NCBI RefSeq assembly: GCF_000743755.1
Contig: NW_014569532.1
Location: 1 to 64,000 of the forward strand
Length of the DNA stretch: 64,000 nucleotides
Source: Blastocystis sp. subtype 4
Taxonomy: Eukaryota
Direction of reading: 5' to 3'
Shown here: piece after piece, positions 38,224 to 52,003 of the stretch
How the letters are laid out: each line of letters starts with the position of its first letter
Numbering within the stretch: the first letter of the stretch is position 1
Position numbers and translations under genes: made by a program
Notes under the pieces: model-generated
Seen by the model: the letters and a program-made list of their open reading frames with translations, nothing else
Database searches by the model: none
Told to the model about the DNA's origin: nothing

Positions 38224-41200
38224 ATGAGTAGTCCATATCAACAAGCAATGTAGTATAATAATAATGTCTGTAATTTTAGTGACGATCTGCCACCAATCGA
38301 TGTAATGGAGAATCGTGTTTCGCTGACTGCTATTGAAGTTGGCGAAAAGTAGAAGGTATGGATTTATTTCTATCTAGATCATCCGAAAATAAGATATCCA
38401 AAGAATGTATTGAGCGAATTGGGAAACTTGTCACGGATTATCAAGTTCGTGTTGAAGAAACAGATGCTGTTGGTTCTACTTGTTGTTGGTCTGAGAGTTA
38501 GATTGTCAATATCGAAAAGAGTATATATCTCTCTTGTGATGCAACTTGTCAAAATCTTGTAATTCTTGGATGTAAGGTGGACTATAATGACCACATTCTC
38601 CAGACGAGTGATGAAGATAGAATTGTATTATGTGGTAGGTGGTTTTCACTCCTAGAGTGACAACAACTTTGTTCGTTTTGTAAAACATATGTTATCGCAT
38701 TTGGTAGAAAGAAAGCCAAGTGTAGCAAGCATTGGAGTGCAGATTATGGCTATTTCAGATTATACTTGTCATCAACTTCTGTCGAGTGACTCTGGATCTG
38801 GTAGAGTCAGTTGTATATTTTAATAGATAGATAGTGTTTTCATTACGCTTCGTCCAGAAGAGCCTGTTTCCTTACACATCCATTCTCACTCCTAGGAAAA
38901 TCAGACACGGCCACTGGCCAGTCAGAACCTCACAGTGGCTGCTCATTCTCGATTCATTCATTGCATTGCTCAAGTCAGATTCTCCTCCTTCTCTCATTGT
39001 AGGCTTCTTCTGTTATGGAAAATCTTTGTCTTCATCCTGCTGAAACATTTGAGATTGTCCAAATTCGAACCTATTCCAGTCAAGACCAAGTAACCTCTAT
39101 CTCGTCATTTTATCTCTAGTTCCTCTCTAGCCTCAGTTATATGGATCTTCCTCGTCATTCACTCTGTGCATCCTCTTCCATGTCCTTTTCACAGCGTGAA
39201 ACTATTCAATTGCTGGACTGTCTCGTGAATATGAAGCGAGGAGTCGTACCTGAGAGCCATGAGCACATGGTCACACGGTTATTGCGATTAGGTGATATTC
39301 GAGAAGAAGGAGGTGTGAATGTGGTTCATTTCTTTTTACAGACCGTTCTGGATGATGTGGCCTCAGTTTGATCATCATGAACTTGTAATCACTAGTTGGC
39401 ACAATCACGATCCCTGAACTCTCAGGCTCCTCCGATGGTGGTGTCACATCTCACGACAATGATGACCTTGATTCATTCCTTCAGTCTCACATTGCCATCA
39501 CATACCAATTCCATCAAGTATAGTGTGAGGTTCCATGATGAATGTAGAACTGCTGAACGATATCATATTGAGTGCTTAGAAGACAATTTGATAAAATTGA
39601 AAGAGAAAGTCAGATTTCTGGAATTGCATAAATAGTAGTATGATATAGAAAAAGAAAAGACTGTAATTCTGGAGGCCGAAAATAGTCAGATAATAGCAGA
39701 AATAGCGAGTTTGGGGATTTGTCCAGTTGATTCTTCGCTCACTCTATCAACAGCCGTATCAGCTCTAATCCAGCAATATCAGCTCTTGAAAGAAAAGCAG
39801 ACACACCAATGGATCACAAAAGATCTATCTCAGGCTCTGATTCAGATGAATGAGGGAACCCAAGAAATTAACGATGGGAAAGCTGAGTCTCCTTCATCAT
39901 TGATAGATTCGTGTCTTAGTGATGAAGCACAATCAATGCTGAGTGCGAATCTCCTCAAACTCATTGAGCAAAGAAAGATGTCATCAGATTCCAATTCAGA
40001 TTCACTGAATCAGCAGCTTCTTTCAGTAGGACAGGAATACTCAATTAATCTGTAGTGCATCTGCAACATGCATGAGAATCAAGTCACCGAATTAGAGGAG
40101 CAAGTGCACATACTGTCAGCTCACTGCAAAGATGCAGCTGCACTACTCTCGGAAATCGATGAATTGAAAAAAGCGCGGGAAGAATTGGCGGGAAAGTTAA
40201 CAGATGCAGAAAAAGAGATTTTAGAGTTGAAAGAAGAGAATGTGAATTATTTGGAAGCAATTCAAAATTGTGTGAAAGAATGTGAACAGTGTGTTCGAGA
40301 ACTCCAAGAAGTGAGAGAAAGGGAAGCAAGTCATCAGACTCTTCTTAGCGAAATACGAGTTAATTTTACAGCTCTGCTACAAGCCTATTTGACTCAATCA
40401 CAATATCAACATTCTCTTGAACAAGCTTGTCGATCTCTAGAATCCCTATTGAGAGACATTCATACCAAATTGTCTCCATCTGACTATCCTGATCTATTAC
40501 AATGTCTCACTAACACACTCACTCTAATGAATTCATTCATTCAATCTCTTGCTCTAGTACCTTCATCTGATCTTGATGCACTGTTCCCTGCATCCATCAT
40601 GTCTGATGAGACTGATGCTAGTAACGGGGAAAAGGAAATGTTAGCAGAGGAATTACGCCGAGTGTGTTGTGAGCGTGTGGCTCTGGAACGAGCATGTTTG
40701 GAGAGTAGCGAAGGTGAGGGTGAGGGAGAGAAATATGGTGAGCCAGAAGAGATTCATAAGGAGGAGTATGAAGTCTGTGTTGAAGGAGAGAATGATGGAT
40801 AGAATGCACTTCAAGCAGCCTTAGGAGAATACTCGGTAATGATTCAAAAACTGTCAAGTCTGGATTACGCTCATCATCTGACAAGTACTTCAATCACACT
40901 TCTAGTGAGTCGATTGAATACAAATCGACAGGAACTTCTACGCAAACGGAAGGAACGTGATTTCCTACAACAATTAGTGAAACGATTAGAAGAGGAAGTG
41001 AGTCTTGTTGCGTGCGATATTAGTGATGAAGCTAGTAACAAAGGGGAAGTGAGTGAATGAGAATGAGAAATGATTTTCAGATCATCTTCCTTATCAACCG
41101 TTTCACAACTGTTAACTATGCTTTGAAAGCACGAATGCAACAGCTTCAACTTCTTACACATTCTATGCAACCACTCTTACGAGGATATGAAGTGCAGCAG

Positions 41201-43259
41201 GAAGCATTAAAGCGGATGCTAAGGAAAGAAGAAGGAGAGAAGAAGGTGATGCGTGCAATGGAAATACGTGCTAAACAGAAAGTCACTGATGTGAAGCATC
41301 TTCGAGTAATCACAGAGAATCGATTTTAAGTGATAGACTCTCATTAGTGATCTTCGTCATAATGAACGAGCTCAGGCTGTATTGAGTGTAAAAGACCGTA
41401 CTCAGGGTCTGACACGAGAACCAGAGGTTCGAAGTGATACCAATAAGAATGCTCCTCATCACGTTAGAAGTGAAGGAATGAATTTATATGTAGACCCGGA
41501 GTACTTCAAGCATGCTTCAACATTCTCATTCACTCTCTCTTACTCTTGCTCCTTCACCCTCTTCAGAACAACTCAATCAGCAATCCCAAACGCTCCAGCA
41601 GCAACTCACACAAGCAATGGATCAGGCCACACAGGCTCGTCACAACTTTGACTTGATATCGTTGCAATATGCACAAGATCAAGAAGTGAATGATAAACTG
41701 GCGAAAGAAACAGAGGCATTGGAACGACAATTAACCGCGGTTCAGAAAACAGATCCTGGAAATGAAGTTAGAGCGAATGGAATGAAGTGATGACTAGAAG
41801 CGCATCAGTTCACTTACAATGACTCTCGCATCCACACGCAAGCAGTTGAATCAAGTGGCGGGAGAATTACGTGCACACGAAGAATCAGCGTCAAAACATT
41901 TCAACGATTATATCGGCTGGCGCATTGCAACAAGACAAATACAGAAGCGTTTGACTCAAATAGGCACTTTATCTGATAACACTGTTGCCATTGACAATGA
42001 AGTGGAAACTGTGGAAACCATGTTAGGTTGAAATGAAAATTGGATATTAGTGTAGGGAAACTGAAAAATTGTGAAGATCGTATGAGAGAAGAATTTCGAA
42101 ACTGTAACACCGAACATGATGCACTTCTGAACAGACTGTTGGAACCAGTGTGAGATTGAAAATAGACTTAGAAGTAGATGTGTGAGACGACTAAACGATT
42201 ATTAGCAGAGAAGGATCAATTGATGGCGAAATTGGCACATCTTCAGGAATTGAAAAAGTCCACTCCTTTGGATCCCAAACAGGAACGATATGATGCGGTC
42301 CTTCAGGAGTTAGAAGTTCTGAGAATGTCAAATCCCAGTATGGATCCAGATTACCAGAAAAAGAAGGAAAAACTGTTACAAGAGAAAAAGTCCCTATTTC
42401 AGTACCTAGAGGAATCACCATTCAATTCACTGTCAAAGAGCATTGCAAAAATCCGTTCTCGTCTTACGGCTATTCAATTGCAGATCGAAACAACGGAAAA
42501 GAAACGTGAAACCAAAGTGCGTGAAAATGAGAGGAAGAAACGGTTAACCGACGAAACTGTCATGATGGCAGTTCAGTCATTAAATGCCTGTAGACAACGT
42601 TTGAAGCGTTATGAAGAACGTGTTAGAGAGGTAAGTTGAATCTAATGAGATTGATCACCAGAGATCGATCTCAGCCATCGACATTTATGACTTCTCTCTT
42701 GAAGACAAACAGCAAGAGAATCTGTTTGATTTGTGTTCAAATCCAAAATTGGGTTTGCAAAATGATGAAGCGAATGAACCTACTCTTACTGCACAAGAGC
42801 TGATTCAGGAGGATTGTCGAAGATTGATTCAATTAGACCAAATAAACATACTTGATGGTCCTGATCCGGATCATTCCACAAATAGTCACAGGACTGATTC
42901 AACGGAAGAAACGGAAGCCACAGCACTGGAAGACATGGGAGCAAGACAGAACATGACACAAGTTGTGGTATCGAATGGAAATGATGATCAATCTGTGGTA
43001 AGTGTGAGTGGTTATAATGGTATGTTTGTGCGATGGATGGAGAATGATGAAAGCAAACGATGTTTGGTTTGTAGGAGATCATTCAGATGGTGGCGACGTC
43101 GACATGTAAGTATAATGAAGGGAGATAAGTCTGTAGCATTGTCGTGTCTGTGGACGTTTGATATGTTCTTCATGCAGTCCATATAGAAGAGAATTAAGCT
43201 CCGCTGGATATCAGAGACCAGTACGTGTATGTAAGATGTGTAATCAGAATATGAAGTAA
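38224..43259 (+). CDS. Long coiled-coil protein with C-terminal FYVE zinc finger (may be more than one gene)
   Basis: Heptad-rich exons across 40068-42640. The spliced end reads WMENDESKRCLVCRRSFRWWRRRHHCRVCGRLICSSC...RVCKMC. Confidence 0.7.
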
Positions 43260-43335
43260 AGTGTTTGTTATGAGAGAAGATGGATTGAAGAAACATGTTA
43301 TTCCTTCTTCACATCATTATTAGAACAAACATATG

Positions 43336-45651
43336 AACAGAACATAAACTTATCCCTCTTACCTGTCAACATCTTCTTATATCGATTCGTTCCCACGATA
43401 CGTTCTAACTATACTTCAGATCTATCTCCCTTTTTTACCGTATACGTATCATATCGAGTATATAACACAGTCACACCTACACTCAATCGTTCCTTATCAC
43501 TTTCTCTTTCATTCATTCCATTCACAATATCCGAATAACTACTCTCATCACACTCAATCACTTCTTACAATTCAGGATAACTGGGAAGTCCCACAAAATA
43601 CACAGAATGGGCTCCTTTTATGTCTACCTCTCATACTCTCCTCTCATACTCACTCATTCGTTTGAAATATTGGAAACGACCACTGAATAAAAGAATCCGA
43701 ATTGTGCCATTGTAAAAATAACTCCGATTTCGGAGATTATCAGAATAGTCTAGGTATCTGTCAATGAGAAGTACTGTTAACCCATACTCATCAATGATAC
43801 CACATTCCCGCTCATCACAATTTTCCATCAACAGACGTTTCACATATATATATTCGAAGTAATTGTCACAATATAGCAGTATTTTGGAATACGCAGAATT
43901 GTTCAGAATTTTCAACACATTTCCCTCCAAATACTGAATCTTGTTCTCATTGATTTGTGAAGGTGAATCACATTGAAGTCGGAGGAATAGTTGACGAGGA
44001 GGTGACTATGAATGAAGAGAGATCACATCATCTACCAAGATGTCACTAACAGCTCCTTCATAATAAGGACGAATTTCTAAACGACTCTACGACTCAGACA
44101 TTGATTCAACTCCTACAAGGATATTAAAACAACTTCTATGAAATAAACCAAGAATTGTGGAATTGATATTTTTTCCCACAAATATGGTTTGACGCATATA
44201 CTTCTGGAAATCACTTAGATAATATTCCCGAAGCCTTGAATAGTCTGTATTTCTATCACGTGATATGGTATGGTTCATAGCATCAACCACCCCTCGAAGA
44301 TGATCCACATTCTGCATGCAAATCATATCCATTCCATAAATCACACCAATTTCAATTGATGACAAATAGTCAAATCCCCGTTTTTCCTCTAATTGACGCA
44401 ATGCCAGAGGTGAAGCCAGAATCAGATCACTATTGTAGAAATCTGAATATAACTTCACACGACGTCGATCAAAGCTGACTCCGATACGAAAGCAATCTAA
44501 TTCGTAGAATCTCCATTCTCCTACCATCATTGTTACCTGGGAAGAATTGCTTCCATTTTGGTTGCTTTTCTCCTTCCGGTTCAGGTTCCTCATCGAATTC
44601 TTCTTGAAACTTGGATTTGCCCAAAACCTGGGTGTTTTTGGGCATTAGAGAAAGAAGTCGATTTACAAATGAGAAGGCATAAAAACGGAATGGAAGAAGT
44701 ACAAGAACCTTTGCACGTGTAAATCCCTGATCCTGATAAGAAGGAATGGAAATGGTGGCATCAAGGTCGATGTCCGAAAGAGGAACAAATGGCTTCCCTT
44801 CCTTCTCTGCTTCCTTCTTACGAATTCGTTCGTGTGTTTGCTCATTCAATAATCGTTTCCTTGCCCGAATTGTGTTAGTATGGTCTGTTTCTATATCAAC
44901 TGCCTTCAATTATATCCTTCCATCAAACACCTACCTTGAGAAGATGATTCAACACATGAACACACAAACTCGTTAACAGCATGTCATTATGATGATTCGA
45001 AGTTGCTAATTCTTCATCTGAAGCATATAAGAGATCGCTATAGTGAGAAATGGCTTGATATAGTGCTTGTTGTCTGGGATCTTTCTGTAAGGCTTCAAAA
45101 TGAGATTTTAACTGTGGCTCCAGTCGAGCCTTCCAATTAACATGATCCCTTTTAACATACCTTCACCGGAGTAAATGCAGTACTTGAGAGCATTGAACTA
45201 ATGTTTTCAATTCCATTCGTTGATACCTTGCACTGAAGTTGATCAGCAAGAGAAATTGACTCCAATGAATAGGAGGATCTATAAGTCAATATCACAAATG
45301 GATCCAACAAAATGGTATCCGCATTCGCCTTGTCTTGATCGGTAAATGCACGCTTGTTAAACCATTTCTGATAGGGATCACCGACAATCTCCTTTTCTTC
45401 TTCCACACCGAAGGATGGCAAGTCCATTTCTTCCTCACTCTCAACTCGTTTCTCTCCCACATCACCAAGTTCCACTACAATTATTATCACTCTACTATCA
45501 ACAAGTACAATCATTAGCAGAATCTACTTCCTGAAACTCTTCCTTCCTCTTCCTATAAACCATAAAGTCTTCTCCAAACAACCTACAAATTCTTCTTTAT
45601 CTTTTTCTGGTCATGACCTTCTCTTCGATCGGTCTTCTGTCTCTTTGCCAT
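43336..45651 (-). CDS. UTP25: U3 snoRNA-associated protein 25 (Def/DIEXF)
   Basis: DQGFTRAKVLVLLPFR, FRIGVSF..VKLYSDFYNSDLILASPLALR, DYLSSIE, C-terminal ERIVGT...FMFC. Probable poly(A)-completed stop. Confidence 0.9.
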
Positions 45652-45720
45652 TGTTTCCTGCTTTGTAAGTTCATCCTGTTTCTCTTATTTAAATATCTAT
45701 GTTGAGATCATTATTTCAGA

Positions 45721-45793
45721 TCCGAAGTAGTATAGTGGTTAAGTATTTCCGCCTGTCACGCGGACGACCGGGGTTCGATTCCCCGCTTCGGAG
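45721..45793 (+). tRNA. tRNA-Asp(GTC)
   Basis: Acceptor stem tccgaag/cttcgga, D-arm agtatagtggttaagtat, anticodon arm ccgc-ct-GTC-ac-gcgg (anticodon 45755-45757), T-arm ggggttcgattcccc, downstream T-run Pol III terminator. Confidence 0.95.
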
Positions 45794-45835
45794 ATCTCTT
45801 TTTATTCTGGGAATCTAATTCCCAACAAACATGCT

Positions 45836-46910
45836 CTAAAGGGATTTTTGAAGTATCACCTCCACAATCATAAACATGATGGCAGCATTAGGAACGGTTC
45901 TCAACACATGGGCCTCGTAACCTGCATATAACCCTCGGCATCCAGACTGTTTGTATAGATTCTTAAACGAAGATATCAGAGTTGCATACTCTTTTCCTTC
46001 TGTCCGTTCTCGCATTCGTGTTCGAACCACCTCATGAGGATAGGTGAGGGTGGTTGCAATGAGCTTGGCTGCAGCAGCAGTCCCAAACAACTAAATATCA
46101 AGTCCTAGACATGTATCAACTTGGAGTTTCGATGGATTGTCTCCTAATTTGCGCTTAAAAATATCATAACTAGATCTCATTCACCTCCTTCAGTCAAACC
46201 ATGTGAATTGGATAGCTGTTTCTGTCAAACCGAGATAGGATACCGATAAACCTCGGAAGAAGGCACGAAGTCCCTCTTCCCGGTAGATTCGACGAACTGC
46301 ATCCATAATCCCATTATAGTTTTTGAAACGAGTATTCGTTGTAGCCTAAGGTGAAGGAAATCTATTGTAGATTACCAAAGGATATGAGTTCAGGTTCCTT
46401 GTTGGTTTGAAGCTGCAATCGTGTTTTTACAACCCAAATAGGGTTACTGATAGTGACAGCAGTAGCTCCAGCAAGAACACTCCGAATGAGAGCATTCATA
46501 GTTGGAGATATAGAAGGACAATACTTGTTCATTGGTTTCTTTGACGATTCATACACTAAGAAATGAACTCCTCGAGAGGGAGCAACACTGCAGATCATGA
46601 TCTGAACATTATTCTCGATTTGAGTTCATACAAAACACCCTCTCCATAAGGAGAAAAAACCTTCGTTCCGAACTACAGTTTTCATTCCTTTCCAAACCCC
46701 ATTTAAACCTCCATAACGAGCATTAAATGTGGACTACGCATAATCCAAAATACTGAGGGAAACCTGATGACGAGTCTTTACCAGATCCAAAGGACAAGTT
46801 GCAATCACTCCTATTCTTCACATTCCTCCCTTACAGATACCGCACGTCGAACCGATTACTCCCGCCAGAAAGTTCTTCAGTGCTCCTCCGGACCCTTGTT
46901 TTGCACTCAT
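45836..46910 (-). CDS. Mitochondrial carrier (SLC25), Rim2/SLC25A33/36-like pyrimidine nucleotide carrier
   Basis: PLDLVKTR, APSRGVHFLVYE, NPIWVVKTRLQLQ, AAAAKLIATTLTYPHEVVRTRMRE, RTVPNAAIMF. Confidence 0.85.
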
Positions 46911-46988
46911 CACAAGGAAATAAGGAAAAACAGTAGAAACGTGGAAACTACAATCGTTCAATTTGAACAAACACCTATCTAAATAACA

Positions 46989-49361
46989 CTATTCTTCCTT
47001 CTTGTTCCATAGACGATGATGAGAGGAAGTTACGAAATATGACTTGATGCCGTCAATAAACACCTGGATGAAGTGATAATCGTTTTCTTCTTTCTTGGCA
47101 AAAGCAATACACTTAGAACAATGATGATCCAGTCTACATTTCAACGTTCACATTTCTCCTACAAGACATCATGGTCAATTCTACAGCAATTAAAACAGAG
47201 AATCTGTCCACATTCTCTGCAATGTCTTCGACGATTCAAAATTGAAAACTCCCTTCCACACTGCATACAATGCGTTACAGTAGAGTTATGAAGGAAGAAG
47301 GAGAGATGATGTCGATTCGATGTCAAATGAGGATGCTACGTTGAAATCCGTTAGGATAATATACCTTAATCCCTTCAAGCTGATCCAAGATTTGCTCTGC
47401 AACAAACTGACTAATCCTACTACCTCCCTCTTTCTCATGAACACATGCATTCACTAAATCCTTGATATTTCCGTCACTGACTATTTCCTGGACATTTAGG
47501 AGGATAACCAACAGCTTCCAGTTGCCCATACTGAGCGCATAGTGAGAGGGATACCAGCCATATCCGTCACATGTGTTGATGATCGAACAATCCACCTTCA
47601 GAAAGAGTCGAACCAAATCTTCATTCCTGAGAATCAAAGCTTCATGAAGAGGAATTCGGGAGAAAGGCCCTTGATGCTGAGTGAGCAACGTAGGTGAATA
47701 CGAGAGCAGTACTGCGACAGTGCATTTGTCATTACTTCTAAGGATGAGATAATTCATCATACTCTACCGAATCGCATACCAGAGAGGCGAATAACCCTTC
47801 TGATCCACACGAAGTGGATCACAACCAGCCATGATCAGCAGTCCACAGAGTTGTGATCGCAGTTGCGGGTTTGAGACATAGGCTTCACTCTTCACAATAA
47901 GATGGAGACATGAATCTCCCTCTGCAGTGATCTCACGACAGTCAGCACCATAACCCAGAAGCAGACGAATGAATGACTCATTTAATAGTATACAGGCGAT
48001 GTGAAGCGGGGAGTAGGTATGTGAGAAACAGCTCGAGCTGAGGTTGATTTGAGACGAGAGAATGTTGACCACGGAGGCGTAATTAGCAGTTAGTAGACCA
48101 TTTATCAATGTGAACGGAATCAAGTCTTCAGAGGGATTGATAGTCGATCCAAAATATCCCCAGATTTTTGGCATCTTTCGAAAACACTGGTGTAGAGCGT
48201 TAGACGGAAGATATGTAAAGATGGCTAACGAAAAGAGACTGGTGAGTTGGAGGGGAAATGGAGAGGATTGTGAGGACTGTAGTAGGTCAGACACAGATCG
48301 CAACAAAAGTAGAGCGCATCGAGGTGAATTGTTCAGCAAACTGAGATGAAGCGCGGTTAATCCATCTAAATAGTATTGCTGAAATTCAGGATGATTCCGA
48401 TTGTGTGCCACATAGAGATGATCTGTCGTTTGATTATCATCAAAGGACTCATCACTAAACAGATTCCCATAACTTCCAATCACACTATTATAAGAACCAC
48501 ATTCCTGAAAGCAATGAATGGATGATGATCTACGACAAGTGGTTGGGTGGAGAATCACCAGATCTCTGATCTGTTCAATACTATCCATCATACTCCACAA
48601 ATTGCCGCCAAGAGGGAGATGCACAGGAAGATTCACGGCAATGTGCTGATGGACTAACTGTCGTACTCCTGTTTGCTGGTGACAAATACATGCAATGTGG
48701 AGAGAAGTCATGCCAAGAGCATTTGTCAATTGGTAATCAGTGTTGGTCTGTTCGTGAATCGAGAATAGGTCGCCCTATTCCTAATTCCGGACAATATCTC
48801 ATACAATATCTTTGCTCCAACTATCACAAGAAAAGTACGCTACATGAGCAGGACGATTTCCTAACAAATCCACTGCACCGATATAAGTATTCCATACAAA
48901 GGAATATTTGGTTTGAAAGAGAGTGAAAAAGTCATAATCGCCGATCCATGCAGCTATATGAAAAGGAGTAATGTACTGCAGATAGAGAAAGTCCTGAACA
49001 TCCACAATCCAGTCATCTTCCACTTCTACTCCTCAACTACCGAATCATGGAATACGCTTATCATGTAGACGCATGATTCCCTCTTCAAATCCCCTTAATT
49101 CAGTTGCAACCACATCTGTGGGAACATTATCGAAGAACAAATGCCATAGTCGATTAATACTCTCTTTCACATCTTGCGGACGGTCACTCTTTGACAAAAT
49201 ACTAAAATTCGTAGACAGTACAAAGAAGGATACCTTGGAGGCAATCTTGATAACGAATACAATTCTCGCATTGATGTAACGTATAAACCCACAAAGAGCC
49301 TCTTCTGATTCAACGAAAAGAGTGTATCGATGAAATCACGAATACAATCCGAAGTTGGCAT
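46989..49361 (-). CDS. Ankyrin-repeat protein with C-terminal FYVE-type finger; start uncertain
   Basis: GMTSLHIAC, GLTALHLSL, YSPLHIAC, GYSPLWYA; C-terminal CMQCGREFSILNRRRHCRECGQILCFNC...CSKC. Confidence 0.75.
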
Positions 49362-49453
49362 AACCTGATCACCAAATGTCTTCTACAGACAATGTATAGA
49401 CGATTCCAATAAAAAGTACTACCTAAACAGGATTATTACTGGCATTCTCTTCT

Positions 49454-50595
49454 ATGTTTGTACCAACTAGTGTTCCCGTTGCATTGCTTATGAGCATTGG
49501 AGCTGTTATTGGATGGTCAGCTCAAGCTAACTGCTTGGTTAACCTTGACATGACTCCTGGCGTTTATCACTTTGACTTTATTATCTGGCGCACATTATGG
49601 TGTTTTGTGTTGATGCTTCTCTTTGGAATGCGATGGTGTCCTCCAAACAACGATGACTCCTTCGAAAACATTCGAAATCTCTTTTTTGCACCAGTAGATT
49701 TTATGGAAATGTTGAAGTGTAGACGAAAGAACTATGGACACATATCGCTGGAGTGACTATAGCTGGAATAACAGATATGCTTTTCCAGGTATTCCTGTTT
49801 TCGGGAATCGATGGAGGTGGTTTATCGAATACTGTTCCTTTACAGATTGGTATTGGTACTCTTTTTGGAACCTTTTTCACATGGCTCGTGGATAGAAGAG
49901 CTAATTTGGTTTTCTTCATTCCTGGTGTCATTCTGAATCTGCTAGCTGTCGTTTTTGATGCTCTCACTTATCACTTCTTAAACAAAGACAACGCAAAGAA
50001 GAACGAACAGAATTTACTCGAAACCGGAGAGCCAGAAAAGCCTCGATTGTCGACAACACAAACTGTTCTCATCTGCGCTACCGGAGCTTTGATGGGTATT
50101 CCATTTGGTCCAGGTACTGCTATGGCAGGTAGAGAGCCCTATGCTCTTTCTCCATATGTATTCTCTCCAATTCTCTCTTATTCATAGTCTTTAACCTTCT
50201 TATTCTCCTTGGTTGGACTCTTAACAGCACCTCTCTTTTCCTAGTCAGTCCTTCATATGATGTTCATTTCTAGTCTCCTAATGCGATTCCCCTTCCAGGG
50301 ACCGAAATCGTCGTTCAAGGACTGGTGGAATCTTACATGGCGTCAGCGATGGCCAGCAATCTGGGGAGCACTCTCTTGGGCGCTGGGAACTGTAGCGTAC
50401 AATTTGGCTGGACCAAGTCTTGGATATGCCGTCGCCTTTGTGATTGGTCAGTCGAATCCTTTTATTTCTTCGTTATTTGCCTTGTTCTATTGGCATGAAT
50501 TCCGTAATGCTGGAGCAAAGACATGGGTATGCGAAGTCTGTATGCTACTCTTGTATGCATCCTCTATTGGGTTGATTGGCCTAACGCTCAATTAG
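49454..50595 (+). CDS. DMT-superfamily transporter, ureide permease / GRP-family-like
   Basis: About 10 TM segments. YHFDFIIW near the N-terminus and WALGTVAYNLAGPSLGYAVAFVIGQSNPFISSLFALFYWHEFRNA match the ureide-permease pattern. Confidence 0.65.
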
Positions 50596-50646
50596 TGTTG
50601 TTTGTTTGAAACATTCCCGCGGGAAAGAATCAACGAAGTCAAAAGA

Positions 50647-51906
50647 ATGAGGGTACGGAACGTAATTAAGATAACAATCCTGTTGTATTTAGTTTTGACC
50701 GTGTACTATTCAGCATCTAGTCCGTTTGAAGAGAATTCAATCACTCTTACTGTTGTGAGTTAACGTGGGTTTTTATCTTGTAGATCCCTTACAATGAAAG
50801 TAAGGAGATTTGCATCAACAATAGTTCAGTCTTTACAGATATGTGGAATGAACGGTATCTCCATATCGATTCAAGTCATGGAAATTACTCTTTATACTCT
50901 AAAAAGACTGTGATTATTCCAATTCTTAGTGACAAACATGTGTCAGATATCATCATGTACTTTTGATTCCTTCTCCTCACATCAAGTCGAAACAGTGGTA
51001 GTGATCCGTATTCACTGGATCTTCGGATGTACTTCGCTCGCTGTTACATTATCCACAATGAGAGCCCGACAAAGTCAGATCTCCATATTAATGCAAAGAC
51101 AACGCGCTGTAAAAGTTAGTCATAGATTCTTATCCTAGCCTTATGTTTGGTCAATTCTATTGTGATAATATTCCTTTGTATGTTGTGTCTCTTTTACCCA
51201 ATGTAATCTTTTTATCACTCTTTTCATCTAGATTTCTGGTCAAAGAGATACTGTTTTACGGAGCAAGCATTTTGTGTCTTATCGCTACACTCACTTCCTT
51301 ACTCACCTATGTCGATATGCACATCTTGTAAGCTTCATTTCTCTTATTTAATCCAGATCATTACCAGGAGTGAGTGTTTTAGTGGATTGTGTTAAGAATG
51401 CAATTCCAGTTATTGTCTTCTATTCCTTTTTCGTGTATCATATTCTCACCTATGTTTTAAGAATTGCATTAAATTATTACCACTTCTCCATTAACGAATT
51501 TCATCGTATCCCTCATATTGTTAGTTTCATTGGTCCTTTAGTGTGTCAATATCAAGCTTGGTCTCTATTGAGTCTTCTACTCATCTCTAGGGTTGTTGGC
51601 GTGTACTGTGTGATTGTTCTTGTGATTCTTCCTTTCAACCGCGATGGTATTTGGATGTCCTTCTTCTTTGGAAGCATTCTATTCCTTTTAATCACTTATT
51701 TTGGTAAGGAAGCTCTTTGGCGGGATCTGATGAATGGAATCATTGTGGCTACGTATTTGTTGACAGTAGTTCCATTTGTTTGGAAGAAGTAGGAGTTGAA
51801 AGATGTTCTTTTCTGTAGTGGCTTCTATTACCTTCTCTTCCCATCTCCGAGTATTCGTACAAAACGTGAGACAGAAAAGAATCTGAAAACAGTTGTTGAT
51901 GACTAA
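50647..51906 (+). CDS. Hypothetical multi-pass membrane protein
   Basis: Signal/TM start, multiple hydrophobic exons, TAA at 51904-51906 with TGTTTGTT at canonical spacing. Confidence 0.5.
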
Positions 51907-52003
51907 TATGTTTGTTTTATTTCACAGTCTATTTGACCATATTCCCAAAATAGTCACGATTTTCCAAGTTGTTCTGACTCCATAATGAAGAAGAGGATAT
52001 CTG

